A stretch of DNA of 64,000 nucleotides from Azolla caroliniana (Eukaryota > Plantae > Polypodiophyta). Positions 1 to 12,745 of the stretch are shown here, one piece after another. Position 1 is the first letter of the stretch; every line of letters begins with the position of its first letter. The notes under the pieces were generated by a model. It saw only the letters and a program-made list of their open reading frames with translations, did no database searches and was not told the DNA's origin. The DNA lies in contig JBHGNT010000001.1 in NCBI GenBank assembly GCA_043228905.1, forward strand, positions 26,784,001 to 26,848,000, read 5' to 3'. The position numbers and the translations under genes are program-made.

Positions 1-227
1 TGGATTATGGTCTCCCACTAACTACACTACATGGGTAGTGGAACATGTTGAATTGCCAATAGGCAAGATGAACACTCCACCGAGGGAAGAATTTCCACTT
101 GCTCTAATAAAGAAAATTGCCACATTAGTACTCCCTTCAGCTTTCGTAGATTATGCTTTCACTCCATGCCTACCATCGAATACAAATGCGTTGTGCATAT
201 TCCAGTTATGATGCAATCCCCAATATC

Positions 228-620
228 TCAGAAATAGAAAAACGATCTCCATCTCTGATTTTTGGGTAGGTCAACCTGTGTAAATTGTGCAAACACCCAC
301 TGTCTAGGTGTCAAATAACACCGTGATAAAACTTGCCAAATTTGAGAAATGTAACTCCAAATCTGACAAACAATCGAACATTGTATAAATCGATGAGTAC
401 TATCTTCCATTTGAACAGTGCAAAAGAAACAACTACCCATTGCTAATCCATGACGCTTTAGAGCTAATCCCAAAGGCAATCCTCCAATCCAAACTCTCCA
501 AATGAAGATATTTGCTACAAGTGACAATTTAGAATGCCAACTACGTTGTAAGACCTGCCACCACCCATGATCAGATTTGTGTAATCTCTCTCTTTGGTGA
601 CCACACACTTGTGGTTGCAT
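228..620 (-). pseudogene. Remnant of an L1-type LINE ORF2 C-terminus (zf-RVT-like zinc-binding region)
   Basis: ORF contains W-x-S-K-L...IFIWRV...LP...LKRHG...C-FF-C...EDSTHRFIQC...QIW, the CCHC pattern that follows RT in plant L1 ORF2; no intact RT nearby. Confidence 0.7.
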
Positions 621-3600
621 TTCCTTTAGGTTGTTTGATATATCTAGGCTAAGCGAGGCATGCTATTGTCCAGGGCTTTTTGTCGATATCTTTCTAGCAA
701 AGAACTCTACCACTTTGGTCCCAAGAATAAACCTAATGAGCATGTATACGTGTAAGTTCCAACATTTCCCCCAAAATGTCAAGATAAATCCCCCCATGAC
801 TAGGATTTGATGGCATTGGAATGTCAAGATAATGCCCCCTATGGCTTTGCATTTTGTTTTAACAATAGATTAAAGTATATTAGGGACAACGTGTTGAAAC
901 TTTCGAGAGGAGATACATGAATTTGCCCCCACTTTTTTATAATACTCTTTCAAAGAGATAAAGAAAATGCTTTACAACACGAGGAAAGCCTCTTGAATAT
1001 ACTCGTCATAAATACTTTTTGTTATAACACGATGCCTGATTGCTCTTGGTCAAAACATATTAACACATTTTTCCTCACTCGGCTTGACATGTAGCCCTCT
1101 CTTATCCTCCCTTTTTGTGTGTGGCAACCCATTATATCTTATTATGAGTTATTGTCTAATCAAATAATTCTATCCATTCACAAATCATGGGGAACAAGTT
1201 CATGCATCTTACCCCCACTTGGTTATATTCTGGTAACCAATCTCCAAGAATTTCTCCAAAAACGCGAGAGTTCTTCAAAAAATGTCCATCTAAAATTTTA
1301 GTTCTAGCGATTCTTGTGATGTTTGTGACTTCCATCCCTTCTGTGTGCACTCAACTACCATAATTGTTTATTTTCATGAAAATAATACAAAAGAAAACAA
1401 GTTGGGAACCTCAATTTTTTGGCATAACAAAAAACTAAAGAAAACTAGTTATTGATACTCACGAAGGATTGTGTGCAAAATAATAGTGTTGCATAGGACC
1501 ACCAAAAGAAATTGATAACAAAAAACATGTCAACCACTTCAACTCTACTTAGTTTTTAATTTTTTGCAGTTAAAGTCAGCCGCATTGACATCTCATATTA
1601 CAATTATTCGCTTTTATGAAAATACTCGCACTTGATATATCATATCTTACCTTATAATCAGAGTATGACCGATCTCTGTGTGAAATGTTATGCACTATGA
1701 TATCTCATTGCCAAACTTCATAAAATCAACTTTCATCAAGTTTTGATGCATCGTGCCAAAACAAGATTTTGTGAACCATCGATGGATGTTGAAAAGAGGA
1801 TTAAATAATTGTGCCACCAGTTTTCATGAATGTAACAAAATTGCACTTTATATGCTAAAAAAATGGTTGGCTAGTTGTCTGTGCACCACATCCATTTCAT
1901 CCTTTCCTCAGATATATTCCACACTTCTTTATGTGTAACATTGAGATCTATAAGTAAATTCCAAGATATGAAAAGCTGGAATCCCCTCTAAACATGAGAT
2001 TGATATGTTTTGATGTTTATCCCCCTTTTTAAAATATTGCCTACCATGTAATGCGTGTCAAATTCAAATACTTCCGTAACGAATCTTTCCAAATCAGAGC
2101 TTTGTTTCGAGTAGAAAAATCTCTTCTTCTTCTTTCGAGAAAATACCAAATTGATACTAGAATATTACATGTATCAAATGGATCTAAAATGAGGATGACA
2201 AGATAAAAATGAAATGAAGGAGTGAGGGCTCCATGACAAATGGATGAGGTTGGTTAATATTGAATATGTACCATAAGGAGAGGAATGACTAGAAGTAGAC
2301 TCTGTGATGCTAATAGAAGCTCAATTTGATGTGCATGTGGCACATGTATCTTCACTAAATGTGTTTGTGTAGGAAATTCTTTGTATGAGGCATTTCAATG
2401 TCTTCCCCTTGTCTTTATCCAACAAATGACGGAACCTCATGTCATAATCCAAAGTGAAGCATTTCTCCGGAATACTAATAGTTTAGTTCATGAAGTATAT
2501 ATGAAAGCAATTTCAACGTTAATATAAAACCAAGAGTGCATGTATGAGGTGGTCAATTACACAACATAAACTTGGAAAAGTCTCAATTATTAATAATGTG
2601 CAAGACAAAAAGACGCATATGCCCAAACCTTTAGGATTTCATGGTTAAAGTTAAGAGGAATTTCATTCTAATATGGCGTAGACTAATTTCCTCCATCCAT
2701 TTCATGCATGATGATGTTTGGTTAAGTATCTAACGAAATATTTTAGAACATTTAGTCAAACATGAACTAACTTTTATGACATGATAACCTAATGTGAACT
2801 TGTAGAGTGATGGGAAAAAACTTTAATTCATTCAAATTAAGAAAGTGAGAATAAAATGTAAAAATAAACATTTAAACACATTATTGAGAAGAAATGAGAT
2901 TGAGTGTGAATACATCGACAACAATGAATTAACTCACTAAAGTGGTTGTAAGAATTAACTTTAGAGTTTTGTGATGATCCTTCAATATTTGCAATTGAAG
3001 ACATTGTAGAGGGTCGTCGAAGGTCATTGCCATGCGCAACGTACTAGCATGGAGATGAGTGTCCATGTCTACAATATGAGGCATCATTGTTTGTGTGAAC
3101 AAAAGTCTAGCTTTGGTAATACTATTGCTTACAAAATGTGTTTGATAATTTCATGAACCAAAGGATCACAATTAGGACGGGCAAGGCATTTTATTTGCTA
3201 GTATAATGGATTCAAACACAAGGCATCAATGGATCTATAGGATTATTTTTTCTAACGGATTCTACACATTAACTTGGGACAAGAATCGAGTGGAAAGATT
3301 GCCACCAATTTGTTAAATCACAATTCATTGACAAGGTTTCCTACTTATGTCAAGATTTCTTGGGTTTGTGTGTAACCTTAAAACATTTGATTGTGGGGGA
3401 ATGTCTAAAACCTTCAAATGCTGTTGAGGCTAACCAAAACCATAGGCATATGGAATACCTAAACCAAAGGGTTGGAACCCCAACAATCTCGAGAGTATTT
3501 GTAGTCTTGTAAAATATCCACAAGAACAATATTATGTTGCAAGGAGGTCTAACAAATCTTACCAATGATTTTTTCTCTATGCAAAAGACCAATCATATAT

Positions 3601-3630
3601 CTTATGTTTGGGGAATGGTTGCATATGTCC

Positions 3631-3772
3631 TATATTTGCACACCTACCTAGAGATTTGGAGCTACATGTCAGAATCCTATAAGGTATGGGTAATAGACTA
3701 TAGTCATATATTTGCACACCTACCTAGAGATTTGGAGCTACATGTGAGAATCCTCTCAGGTATGGGTAATAG
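3631..3772. repeat. Tandem duplication, period 76 bp
   Basis: TATATTTGCACACCTACCTAGAGATTTGGAGCTACATGT...GGTATGGGTAATAG starts at 3631 and again at 3707. Confidence 0.9.
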
Positions 3773-4006
3773 TCAACCGGAAGAAATCAATGAGCTCTAA
3801 TTATATTGTGACCCTCTACATCTATTGATCTAGTCATGTGATGTTGCTCTATGCAATATATGACCCCCCTTAATCACTTCAATTATTAGTACTATTCTCA
3901 AAATGAATGGATTTATGGTGAATAGTAGCTATTCTCCATTGTTGTTCCATGTTCCTAGAAATGAATTATTGTTAATATCATAGCTCTACCTACACTATAT
4001 TTACAT

Positions 4007-4319
4007 GGGAAAAGTACCAGGATACCCCTAGAAGTTCTTCTACTTACCAGAATGCCCCTGGAAGTTCCAAATTCACCAAACTACCCCTATGTTCAAAAAA
4101 TTACACTTTATAAAGTAATTATACACTCAAATCTACAAGCCCTATTTACCAAAGATGGAAGAAATGGACCCGAACTAGCCCTATTTACCAGATATTTGAG
4201 TGTATAATTACTTTATAAAGTGTAATTTTTTGGACATAGGGGTAGTTTGGTAAATTTGGAACTTCCAGGGCCATTTTGGTAAATAGATGAACTTCTAGGG
4301 GTATCCTGGTACTTTTCCC
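4007..4319. mobile_element. Non-autonomous Mutator-like MITE (313 bp)
   Basis: About 125-bp terminal inverted repeats (GGGAAAAGTACCAGGATACCCCTAGAAGTTC... / ...GAACTTCTAGGGGTATCCTGGTACTTTTCCC); perfect 9-bp TSD TATTTACAT at 3998-4006 and 4320-4328; no coding capacity. Confidence 0.93.
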
Positions 4320-6130
4320 TATTTACATTCAATCAATAATATTCCTTATTTTCTATGTGCATCCTTTTATTACAATGACCTCTTTGGCCAATACGATCAC
4401 ATTCACTAACTACTTTATTATTTGGAGTAAACTACTTTCCACTCTTTATATTGTGGAAACTATGCCAATTTAAATGGTGTAAAGCCGCCATTTTATAGGA
4501 TCAAACTACATGCATCAATTGTAACCGACATTATTTAGAACTTTCATAATGAAGCACATTATTTCTTCTTCATATATACTCTCATTCTTGACGTATATAG
4601 TGGGACAAAAACCTATATGCAATGCTGATTTAATGAAATTCAATGTTTGAAAACTTTTCCATATCTATTTTGTAATTTTCTACTTTCTTGTACAATTATT
4701 TGTCAAGGTTAAGAACAATTACCATGTAATATTGAATGTTTGAGAATATTTAAAAAGTCTTTGGTTTCGTGTATGTCAATGTCAACCCTATTTTAATTCA
4801 AGGTTTTTAACATTTTTTGAAGCTTCATCTCAAGTTGTAGGCTTCGATAAGATATCTTACAAAAGAAGAGGTATAGGAATATGGGAACTACTTTTTGCAA
4901 TTCTAAATAATTGGGGTCTCTTTAATTAATGGAATTCTTAGAAAGGGATAATATTGGCTTGCAACTTGTGGTGGTATTGGGCCCAAACATAAGGATAGGA
5001 AGATACATTATGAGTTTTTGTGGCAAGGGTAACTCAAGAACTACTTAGCTTTCAATGAGTTGTGCAATTAGTAGATTGCGTGTGAGAAATGAGCTTTCAT
5101 AAGTTATGTGCATATTTTGCATAATTTCTTTTTTCCAACAATGGTTTATATTATGTCTAAAGTGACTTAACTGATACATGGACACTTCCAAATATTCTTA
5201 GCAACTTCATCATGGTTTTTGACCTTTTTCATAATGGATACATTTTGCATAATTGCAACCATCATGTATGTATGTATTTCACACCAGGTGACAAAAATTA
5301 CATTGCTAAGGCTTTTGGAACTTCATAGGCTTCCATTTCCATATGTTCAAGACATCCCTACAAATCCTATCACTATCCATAAACATTCGATTACATTATA
5401 TATTTCTCAAGGTGGTGTTGTTCATAGCTTCTATCTTTACTCAAGTGGCTTTGTAATGTTTGTTATTTGGGCCATTCCACTGTCTACTTCATTCTAAACA
5501 ATACTCAATTAATTAGTTGATCAATTAAAACAAGAATAAACTTGAGATTTTAAGTAGAAAACGCTAGCCTTGTTTTGGAAAGTGAAGAGCCTAGAAAAGT
5601 CACAAAAGTGAACTTTATAATCTCTTTACAAAGGAGTATTTGCTCCAAGGCCTTTGACAAATATTTAGACAAAGAGTCTCCATGTCTTAAGTTCTATTGC
5701 CTACAAGGGTTGAATGTGCTAATGCAAATGGGGAGGTTTAGAAAGTCTAACATGCCATTGTGTGATGTGCCTCTAGGTGAGAGTAAGTTATAGTCCACCT
5801 TGTATGGTGAAAGGGGAATGTGTGGAATGACTTAGAGAGATGTTGATGAGGATATCTATTAGTGTGCTGATGGAATGTGGGATATGAAAGTTGAGGCTAA
5901 AGGGAGTTGGAGAGATTGATTGGGTTGGGGTGGTGGTATGCTAGGTGGGCGAGGTGGAGATTGGGAGTAGTAAACCAAGAATAATTTTGTTTCATTATTT
6001 GTGTCACACAATGTCTTTCATGAGCAAGTATTGGGAAGATAACCCTTGGTGTTGGTGGTCGGTGCATAAGAGGATGACACATTACAAGTGTTGAATGTTG
6101 AGTGGTGGCAATGACACGTCTTGCATTGTA

Positions 6131-6472
6131 AATTTGTGCTTCAAAAACTAGATATTGTTGCATTCTAGTAATTGAGTATGGGATATGAGGAAAACAATGA
6201 CGGAGTGCTTTTCCCAAATACAACATATGATTTTGAGGAGGATTTTGTTCATGGGAAGACGGGAGGAGGATTTTGAGTTGGGTTGTAGGACCTAATTTGA
6301 AGGAGAGATTGCATCTAGGACAATTGCACATATGAAAATGACAATCTTAAAAAATGCATAGTGTATAAAGGAATTTGTGCTTCAAAAACTAGATCTTGTT
6401 GCATTCTTAGTAATTGAATTTCGGGGACTAGGAAAACAATGATGGAATGGTTTTCCAAATATAACACATGAT
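6131..6472. repeat. Degenerate direct repeat of about 100 bp (6131-6232 and 6372-6472)
   Basis: AATTTGTGCTTCAAAAACTAGAT.TTGTTGCATTCT...GGAAAACAATGA.GGA.TG.TTT occurs twice. Confidence 0.75.
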
Positions 6473-7677
6473 TAAATAAATAGTTTGTCAATCACCATCC
6501 AAAAATCATGTTCATGGGAGGCTTTTGTCGTAGTGGGACCTTTTTTTAAGCTAACGGAGAGGTTGCATGTAAGATGAAAAATGCAAAGTTGTGTATAAAG
6601 TAAAACAAGTACTTAGATGTCATGAATCATGGTCATGTACGTCAAAGTAGATGTTGTGAAACCATCCATGACCTTGAGCACCAAAATTTTGTAGGTTTAT
6701 TTCAATGAGGTACAAGCAAGGAGGCACATTCTCTTAATGGTGAAGTAATTAATTGAGCCACAATTATCAGTGGGAGGTACAACTGGGGTTTATGTATTTT
6801 GGTGTATTTTCATGCAAACAATTAGAGAAACTATAGATGATTACATTGATAATTGAAATAGGAATAATGGCTAAAATGTTGTTTATTAGATGTTTCAGTT
6901 TTAGAATCTAATACAACATGACTCCCAACCACATGACTCAAAGGAGCACAGAGTGTTTTTTTTCTTCCAAAACTACACCATAGTTTCCATTACCAATCCA
7001 ATAAGTGTATACAAAGCATATAATGATACAATCTAATGGTGGGTAAGATAGGTAAGATAGTAGACAAAAAAGTAGAGCCCCCACTATGTCATAAGGTAAA
7101 GAGTTGACCTTGGTTGCACTTTTTTAGTGTAAAGAGTGCAATACAAAAGTATATCGATAAGCTAATTCACATCAATTTATAGGTAGAAATCATATAACTT
7201 GGTGAAGAAGAGAAACATATGATAGAAATCAAAATGCTAGAAGATAATGTTTATGTTTATATGGTTGCGAAAATCAATAAGCCTATCACCTTTTCCAATC
7301 TGTGACATGTTGTCTTCGTTGAAATTAGAAGTTATTATAGAAATGAGATGGATTGAGTTATGCATTGATTTTTAACATGCATAGATCATCTGTTGTCAAC
7401 AACGATAAATGTTGGTCAAACTTGAGGTGGACAAGGGACGACATCAATGAGCCATGGTCCTCTCTGTTGTCATTATGTGCAAGGTCCAAGGGTAGAATTA
7501 CGATAAAAAGGGACTCGCTCTTCATGATCCTATGTAAGGTTTTCAAAATTCTTTACCCCTTCCCTTTACCAATTCCCCCTTATAGACCCAACACAAGAAA
7601 GGGGGGGCGGAGATACCTTGGAATTACCAATAAAAGTTATATGCATATATACATTAGTTCCTAAAATACACATCTGA

Positions 7678-7846
7678 TGTGTTGAGGGGCATGGTCGGAA
7701 CCACAACATACCACCACTATGGATTGAGGTGAGGACCTTTCTCGACGGGTAGAGAAGGCGCCCATTGTAACACATCTATTGTGTTGAGGGGTTGTGTGAT
7801 CGAAACCACAACACACCACCTCAAAGAATTGAGGTGAGGGCCTTCT
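7678..7846. repeat. Degenerate direct repeat of about 65 bp
   Basis: GTGTTGAGGGG...AACCACAACA.ACCACC...ATTGAGGTGAGG.CCTT at about 7678 and about 7780. Confidence 0.7.
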
Positions 7847-8127
7847 AAGGCCATGCGAATCGTGGACTTCTAAGTCTTCTCAATATATGGAGAAGACACC
7901 CAGGACTCACAGAGGAAGTCGTTTTAGGCCGGACAAAGGGTGGTTGAGTAGTATGTTCAATGGGTCCGAATTCTTCACTTAGTCATCCTTCATGTAGTCA
8001 CCTAGTGTTCATACGCAAGTTCAAGTCTGAGTCCGATTGGAGATCCACCCTAGTCACAAATTTTCAGTGGTGTAAGATGGTATAGAGCAGTGTCACGGAT
8101 ATCTACGTGGATGTGTCGAAACGTGGC

Positions 8128-10500
8128 GGGATCTTCTCCGGCTGGAGTCGGTGCATCCGATTGAACCACTCTTTGTTCTTTTCCCACACCACTTGCAACA
8201 TTGCCTTAGCTCTCTCTACGTCCTCCGATCGACGCTAGACCTGTCGGGACTCGGATCCGCACCGTCAACAGCTCCTCCTAACTCATTTCCTCCGCCCAAT
8301 CGACTGCCATCCATGATGTAATCGTCCGCTCTATCGGCATGATCGGCTTCTGTCCGAACATGAACTCGGCTGACATGTATCTAGTTACCGAACTGTGCGT
8401 AGTTCGGTTCACCCATAACGCGTAGGGCAGTAGTCTCGACCAGTTGCCGACTCGTCTATTGCATCTCGTACTATCGCCTTGATGATTGGACCGTGCCCTC
8501 TTTTGACCTTTCCGTTTGCCTCCGGATTTTATGCCTTCGTGAGGGAGAGCTTGATCCCTAGTTGGTCGAACAACTCCTCGGCTTCCTGCGCGTCCAAGTC
8601 ACCCCGATCGGCCACGATCTTTCCCACACACTCGTACTGACAAATCACATCCTTGATCAAGAACTTACACACGATCGCGGTCGTCTTGTTCGTCAAGGCT
8701 CGACCTTCCACCTGGTTCGTCAGGTCCTCTCTCGCAAGCACTAGGTATTGCATATGGCCTACCCCCATCAACGTTGTCACTAAGTCCACCATCCATTTGA
8801 AGTGAATGGTCGGCGGGTAGGTCGGGTACAGTTCGTCACAATGTTGGATTCCGGAATGTACCTCACAACTCTCGCATGTCGTCACAAAGTGGTGCACGTC
8901 GTGATACATTCCCGGCTGCCAGTACCCCATCTTGAGCTTTTTGAATGTGGCCCACATCCCTCGATATCTAGACCAGGGACTCTCATGGAACTCCGACATC
9001 GGCACCGATTGGTCTTCTATCTGCATCACCACTCGGAGTGGTGTGCCGTTCCGCTTCTTCAGATGTCGCCATATCTTACTATCTCGCAAGAAGAACTTCT
9101 AGGCCTTCTTCCGGATTTGACTGACCTCTTCCTTCGTCCACGTTGTGTTCGGTGCCATCGTGTTTAAGAACCTTCCGATTGGAAACCATTCCCCGTCGTA
9201 GTCTTTCTCGTCGAACTCGTTAAGGGCCGGAGTGCTTCATTTGTTTGTCAACATCCAAGCTGACTCGAAGAAATCCTCGCCGACTTCCTCTCCTTCTGAT
9301 ACCATGCCGTCTTCGTTGTCGTACCGTGCTGTCGATAGCATGTTGGCCATGGTATTGTCCTTCTCGGAGATGTGCCGTATCTCCTTACTGCCGAAACGAT
9401 ACCCCATATTTCGCGTTTAACTTGGGCGTATCCTCATTTCTGCTCGCTCAATACTTTCGTGCCGAATTGGATGACGAACTACGCTACGGTTTCGTCCTCC
9501 TGGTTGATCACCCATCCGATTCTGGTCGGACTCATGTCGACAATTACAAAATTGGAGAATCCTTCCCGTAAACAGCCTTCCGGAGAGCCGATGTCGCCCA
9601 TAACATCCCCTTTAGTCTTTGCATGGCCTACGAATGCTCCTCCCTCCAATCCAATTTCTGCCCCTTTTTCAACAAGTCGTAGAGGGGTTTGGCAACGTGC
9701 GCATAATGGGGAATCCAGATGTGGTAGAAGGTGCACGCTCCAAGGAACCGTCAGACTTCTGTGATTGACCCTGCACTCTTCCTTCATCGCCGAGATGGCC
9801 TCTACCTTGGTCGGAGACGGTTTCCGGCCGTAGGATCCGCTTAGGTGACTGACCACCTAGATCTCTGATTGTCCGAATGCTAACTTCTCCTTGGAGAAGG
9901 TAAGTCGTGCTCCCTCAAGCCCTTGCAGTACCTTCTCGCAATCGGCAATGTGATCAACAACAAACTTCCAACACCCATCTTCCCCGACTGATTCATCCTT
10001 TAAGTCTTTCGGACATCCCTTGATTGCATTGTCATAATGACATGGGGATGTCCGGGATGCAGTCCCTCAACACTTTGTTCATTGCATTCACCATCTGTGC
10101 CACCGAGTTGGTACCTCCCTAGGGTAGGGTACACATCCGAACTAAGTCGAGAGGGATCCACATTGTCGTAATATCCCCGCTCTCCACGACTAGCTGGAAT
10201 TGGTTGTACTCAGAGTATAAGTCGTCGACTGAGTATATTGACCTTCCGACGAAGGCCTTTGCAAACTCGTCGATTGTCGACCTGACCCCTGCATTACGAA
10301 TTTTCACTTTATTGACATGTTGCAGGTTTTGGATGAAGCGCAACATGTTGTTCTTCTTCGGCACCATAAATCACTGATTCGAATAAGGGGCACTCGATGG
10401 TTCAAGAATCCCCATCTCCACCTTCTCTTTGAACAACTCCATCAACTTCGGGATGTGAGCTCTCGGTACCGGAATCAGCTTAAGGTTCCACGGTACATGC
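8128..10500 (-). pseudogene. pol: Element J: degraded, truncated Ty3/Gypsy pol (RT-RNase H-integrase) of the same family as A/D/F
   Basis: ORF pieces 10119-10367 (VPKKN..LRFIQ..TIDEFAKAF..DLYS.YNQF), 9479-9856 and 8529-9089 (HFKWMVDLVT..LAREDLTNQVEGRAL..KIVADRG) align to A pol; many stops and frameshifts; no LTRs seen. Confidence 0.9.
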
Positions 10501-10719
10501 AATACTGTGAATCATAGTATGAACCATACGTACCATTCGTGCATTCGTGTTCGAGAATAATTCAATCATTAGAATGGTAAACACCCTCGAAGAATGATAA
10601 ATACCATACTTTTGGATAAATTATTTACTATAAGGTAAAAAAAATTTCAAGGTAACATTTTTTTACAAAATTGCAAAAAGAAAAACACATTACCTTCTTA
10701 ATAACAATATAGAAAAATG

Positions 10720-11012
10720 ATAGAAATTACACGAATTACTTCAAAATGATAGAAATTATAGAAAAATTAAAGCAATTACAAGCTTTATAGAAAAATTACA
10801 AAGAAATGACATATAAATTACAAAAATTATAAAGAAATTATAGAAATGATAGAAATTACAAAGAAGTTACAGAAATTACAACAAATTACAGAAATTACAA
10901 AACAATTACAAAAATTACAAAAAATTATAGAAATTACAAGAGAAATTACTGAAATTAAAGAAATTACAAAACAATTGCAAAAATTACAAAAAAATTACAG
11001 ACATTACAAAAA
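10720..11012 (+). repeat. Degenerate 9-bp tandem array (G/A)AAATTACA
   Basis: Repeated GAAATTACA/AAAATTACA/GAAATTATA units; they produce the spurious 'EIT/KLQ' N-terminus of ORF 10846. Confidence 0.85.
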
Positions 11013-11016
11013 AATA

Positions 11017-12077
11017 CATGGGTTACCGATGGATATCATGATTGATCGAGATCCAAAGTTTACTAGTGACTTCTGGATGCAAGTCTTTAAGAAGTTAGAA
11101 ACTACATTGAGCATGAGCTCCACGGATCATCCTCAATCTGATGGACAGACAAAACGAGTAAATCAAATTATTGAGGACATGTGTCAAGCATACGTTGGTA
11201 CAAAACCAACAAAATGGGAACGTTATCTCCCAATTTTGGAGTTTGCTTATAATAGCTCCAAGCATACATCGACGTGATATAGTCCTTTTATGTTGATGTA
11301 TGGTTTTCAGCCACGAGCCCCGATTGATGTTAATATACATCATGATGAGTTGCGAAATACGTAAAACTTTCTTCGGAATATGCAAGATATGTTGCATATT
11401 GCACGAGATAATATAAAAATAGCTCAAGATAGAGCGCACTTTTATGCCAATTATCATAGGCAACCACGAGCCCCGATTGATGTTAATATACATCATGATG
11501 AGTTGCGAAGTACATAAAACTATCTTCGGGATATGCAAGATATGTTGCATATTGCACGAGATAATATAAAAACAACTCAAGATAGAGCGCGTTTTTATGC
11601 CAATCATCATAGACAACCTCCTGTATTCAATCCTAGACAGAAGGTATTTTTACGTGTACCTCACAATTCTAAAACATTGTCTAAGGGTAAGTGCGCTAAG
11701 TTAGCCCCATGGTTTTGTGGACCTTTTACAATCCTCAAACGCATTGGTTCATCAGCCTATCATCTCGCTCTTCCTGATGGTGTTGAAATTCATCTAGTTT
11801 TTCATGTGAGTCGTCTAAAAGAACTTCTAAGTTCTGGCGACAAAATAGTTACAACTGAAACTCTGGTTACTTTTGAAGAATTATCTTCTAAACCACATGT
11901 ACCAGATAGAATTCTCGATGTTAAAAAAAAAAACTTACGTACTAAAGAAATTCGAGAATTTAAAATAAAATGGATGGATAAATCAATAAAAGATGCCACA
12001 TGGGAATGCGAAAATACTCTCAGAACTAAGTTCCCTAACTTTCCATTGCAAGAGTGCAATGTTTTTAAGAGGGGGAG
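11017..12077 (+). mobile_element. Element I: 3' fragment of a chromovirus-type Ty3/Gypsy element (integrase core, GPF motif, chromodomain-like end, PPT)
   Basis: HGLP.DI..DRDPKFTSDFW...HPQSDGQT.RVNQ...LEFAYNSS...KLAPWFCGPF...VFHVSRLK...FKIKW....DATWE; PPT AAGAGGGGGAG at 12067-12077; internal duplication of about 153 bp at 11309-11610. Confidence 0.88.
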
Positions 12078-12561
12078 TGTCAAGACTCGTGGGTAGGAGA
12101 TAGAGTGAGAGTGAGAGCGATAGCGAAAGAGAGAGGGCGTGTGTGTGTGTATGTGAGAGAGAGTGTGAGTGAGAGAGAGTGGGAGAGATAAGACTTGAAA
12201 TAGAAATGAGATTATATTATGATGAAACAAGATTACAATGAGTAGGCTAAGGGCTAAAGACTGGTGTTGAACTGAATGAGTTGAAATGAATGTATGGACA
12301 CTTATTTATAGATCCTTATAGAGTATTCCAGAATGTTCTAGAATATTTTAGATTTTTATAATAAGAAATATAATTAGGAAATTTTAAAGGATGTTCTAGA
12401 ATCATCTAGAATGTTCTAGAATGTTCTAATATGTAATAACTAAAAATATAATTATTATAATCACACAACATATATGTTATTACAATGGTTAAGAGTTCAA
12501 CACATAGACCAAAAAGTCGTGGGTTCAATTCTTGATAAGCCAAAATGTTGTCTTCATTACA
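12078..12561 (-). repeat. 3' LTR of element B2 (relative of chromovirus B)
   Basis: Minus strand reads TGTAATG...AGTCTTGACA; ends like B LTRs (AGTCTTGACA); shares the TTCTAGAA array and the TTGTAATC / GCCTACTC motifs; preceded on minus by PPT AAAAGGGGGATAA at 12562-12574. Confidence 0.85.
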
Positions 12562-12573
12562 TTATCCCCCTTT

Positions 12574-12745
12574 TCAATGACGAGTTCCACGAGTCGGAAG
12601 ACAAGAGTTCGGACTTGGTTTATGGGGATATTGTTCATGAAATGTAACAACCATGTCGGAGGCATTAGCAAGATGCTCGGCAGGCTCCCATGTTCGATCA
12701 TTGGGTGTATAACCTAACCAATCAACCAAATAATATAGTTTATTG
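12574..12745 (-). pseudogene. B2 integrase chromodomain remnant, interrupted at 12745/12746 by element C
   Basis: NKLYYLVDWLGYTPNDRTWEPA..L.NA...V..FH.QYP.KP is near-identical to the B chromodomain at about 31425-31600. Confidence 0.9.

Noticed and set aside
5219-6331. Short ORFs in the AT-rich region (5219, 5575, 5897)
   Set aside because: No recognisable domains or splice-consistent gene structure
7540-8127. Possible LTR belonging to J
   Set aside because: No TG...CA boundaries, PPT junction, partner copy or TSD identifiable
10846-11277. 143-aa ORF with a coiled-coil-like N-terminus
   Set aside because: Chance read-through of the 9-bp repeat into an integrase fragment
3631-11610. CRISPR-like repeat-spacer arrays
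   Set aside because: The repeats are two-copy duplications or contiguous tandem units without unique spacers, in a eukaryotic context
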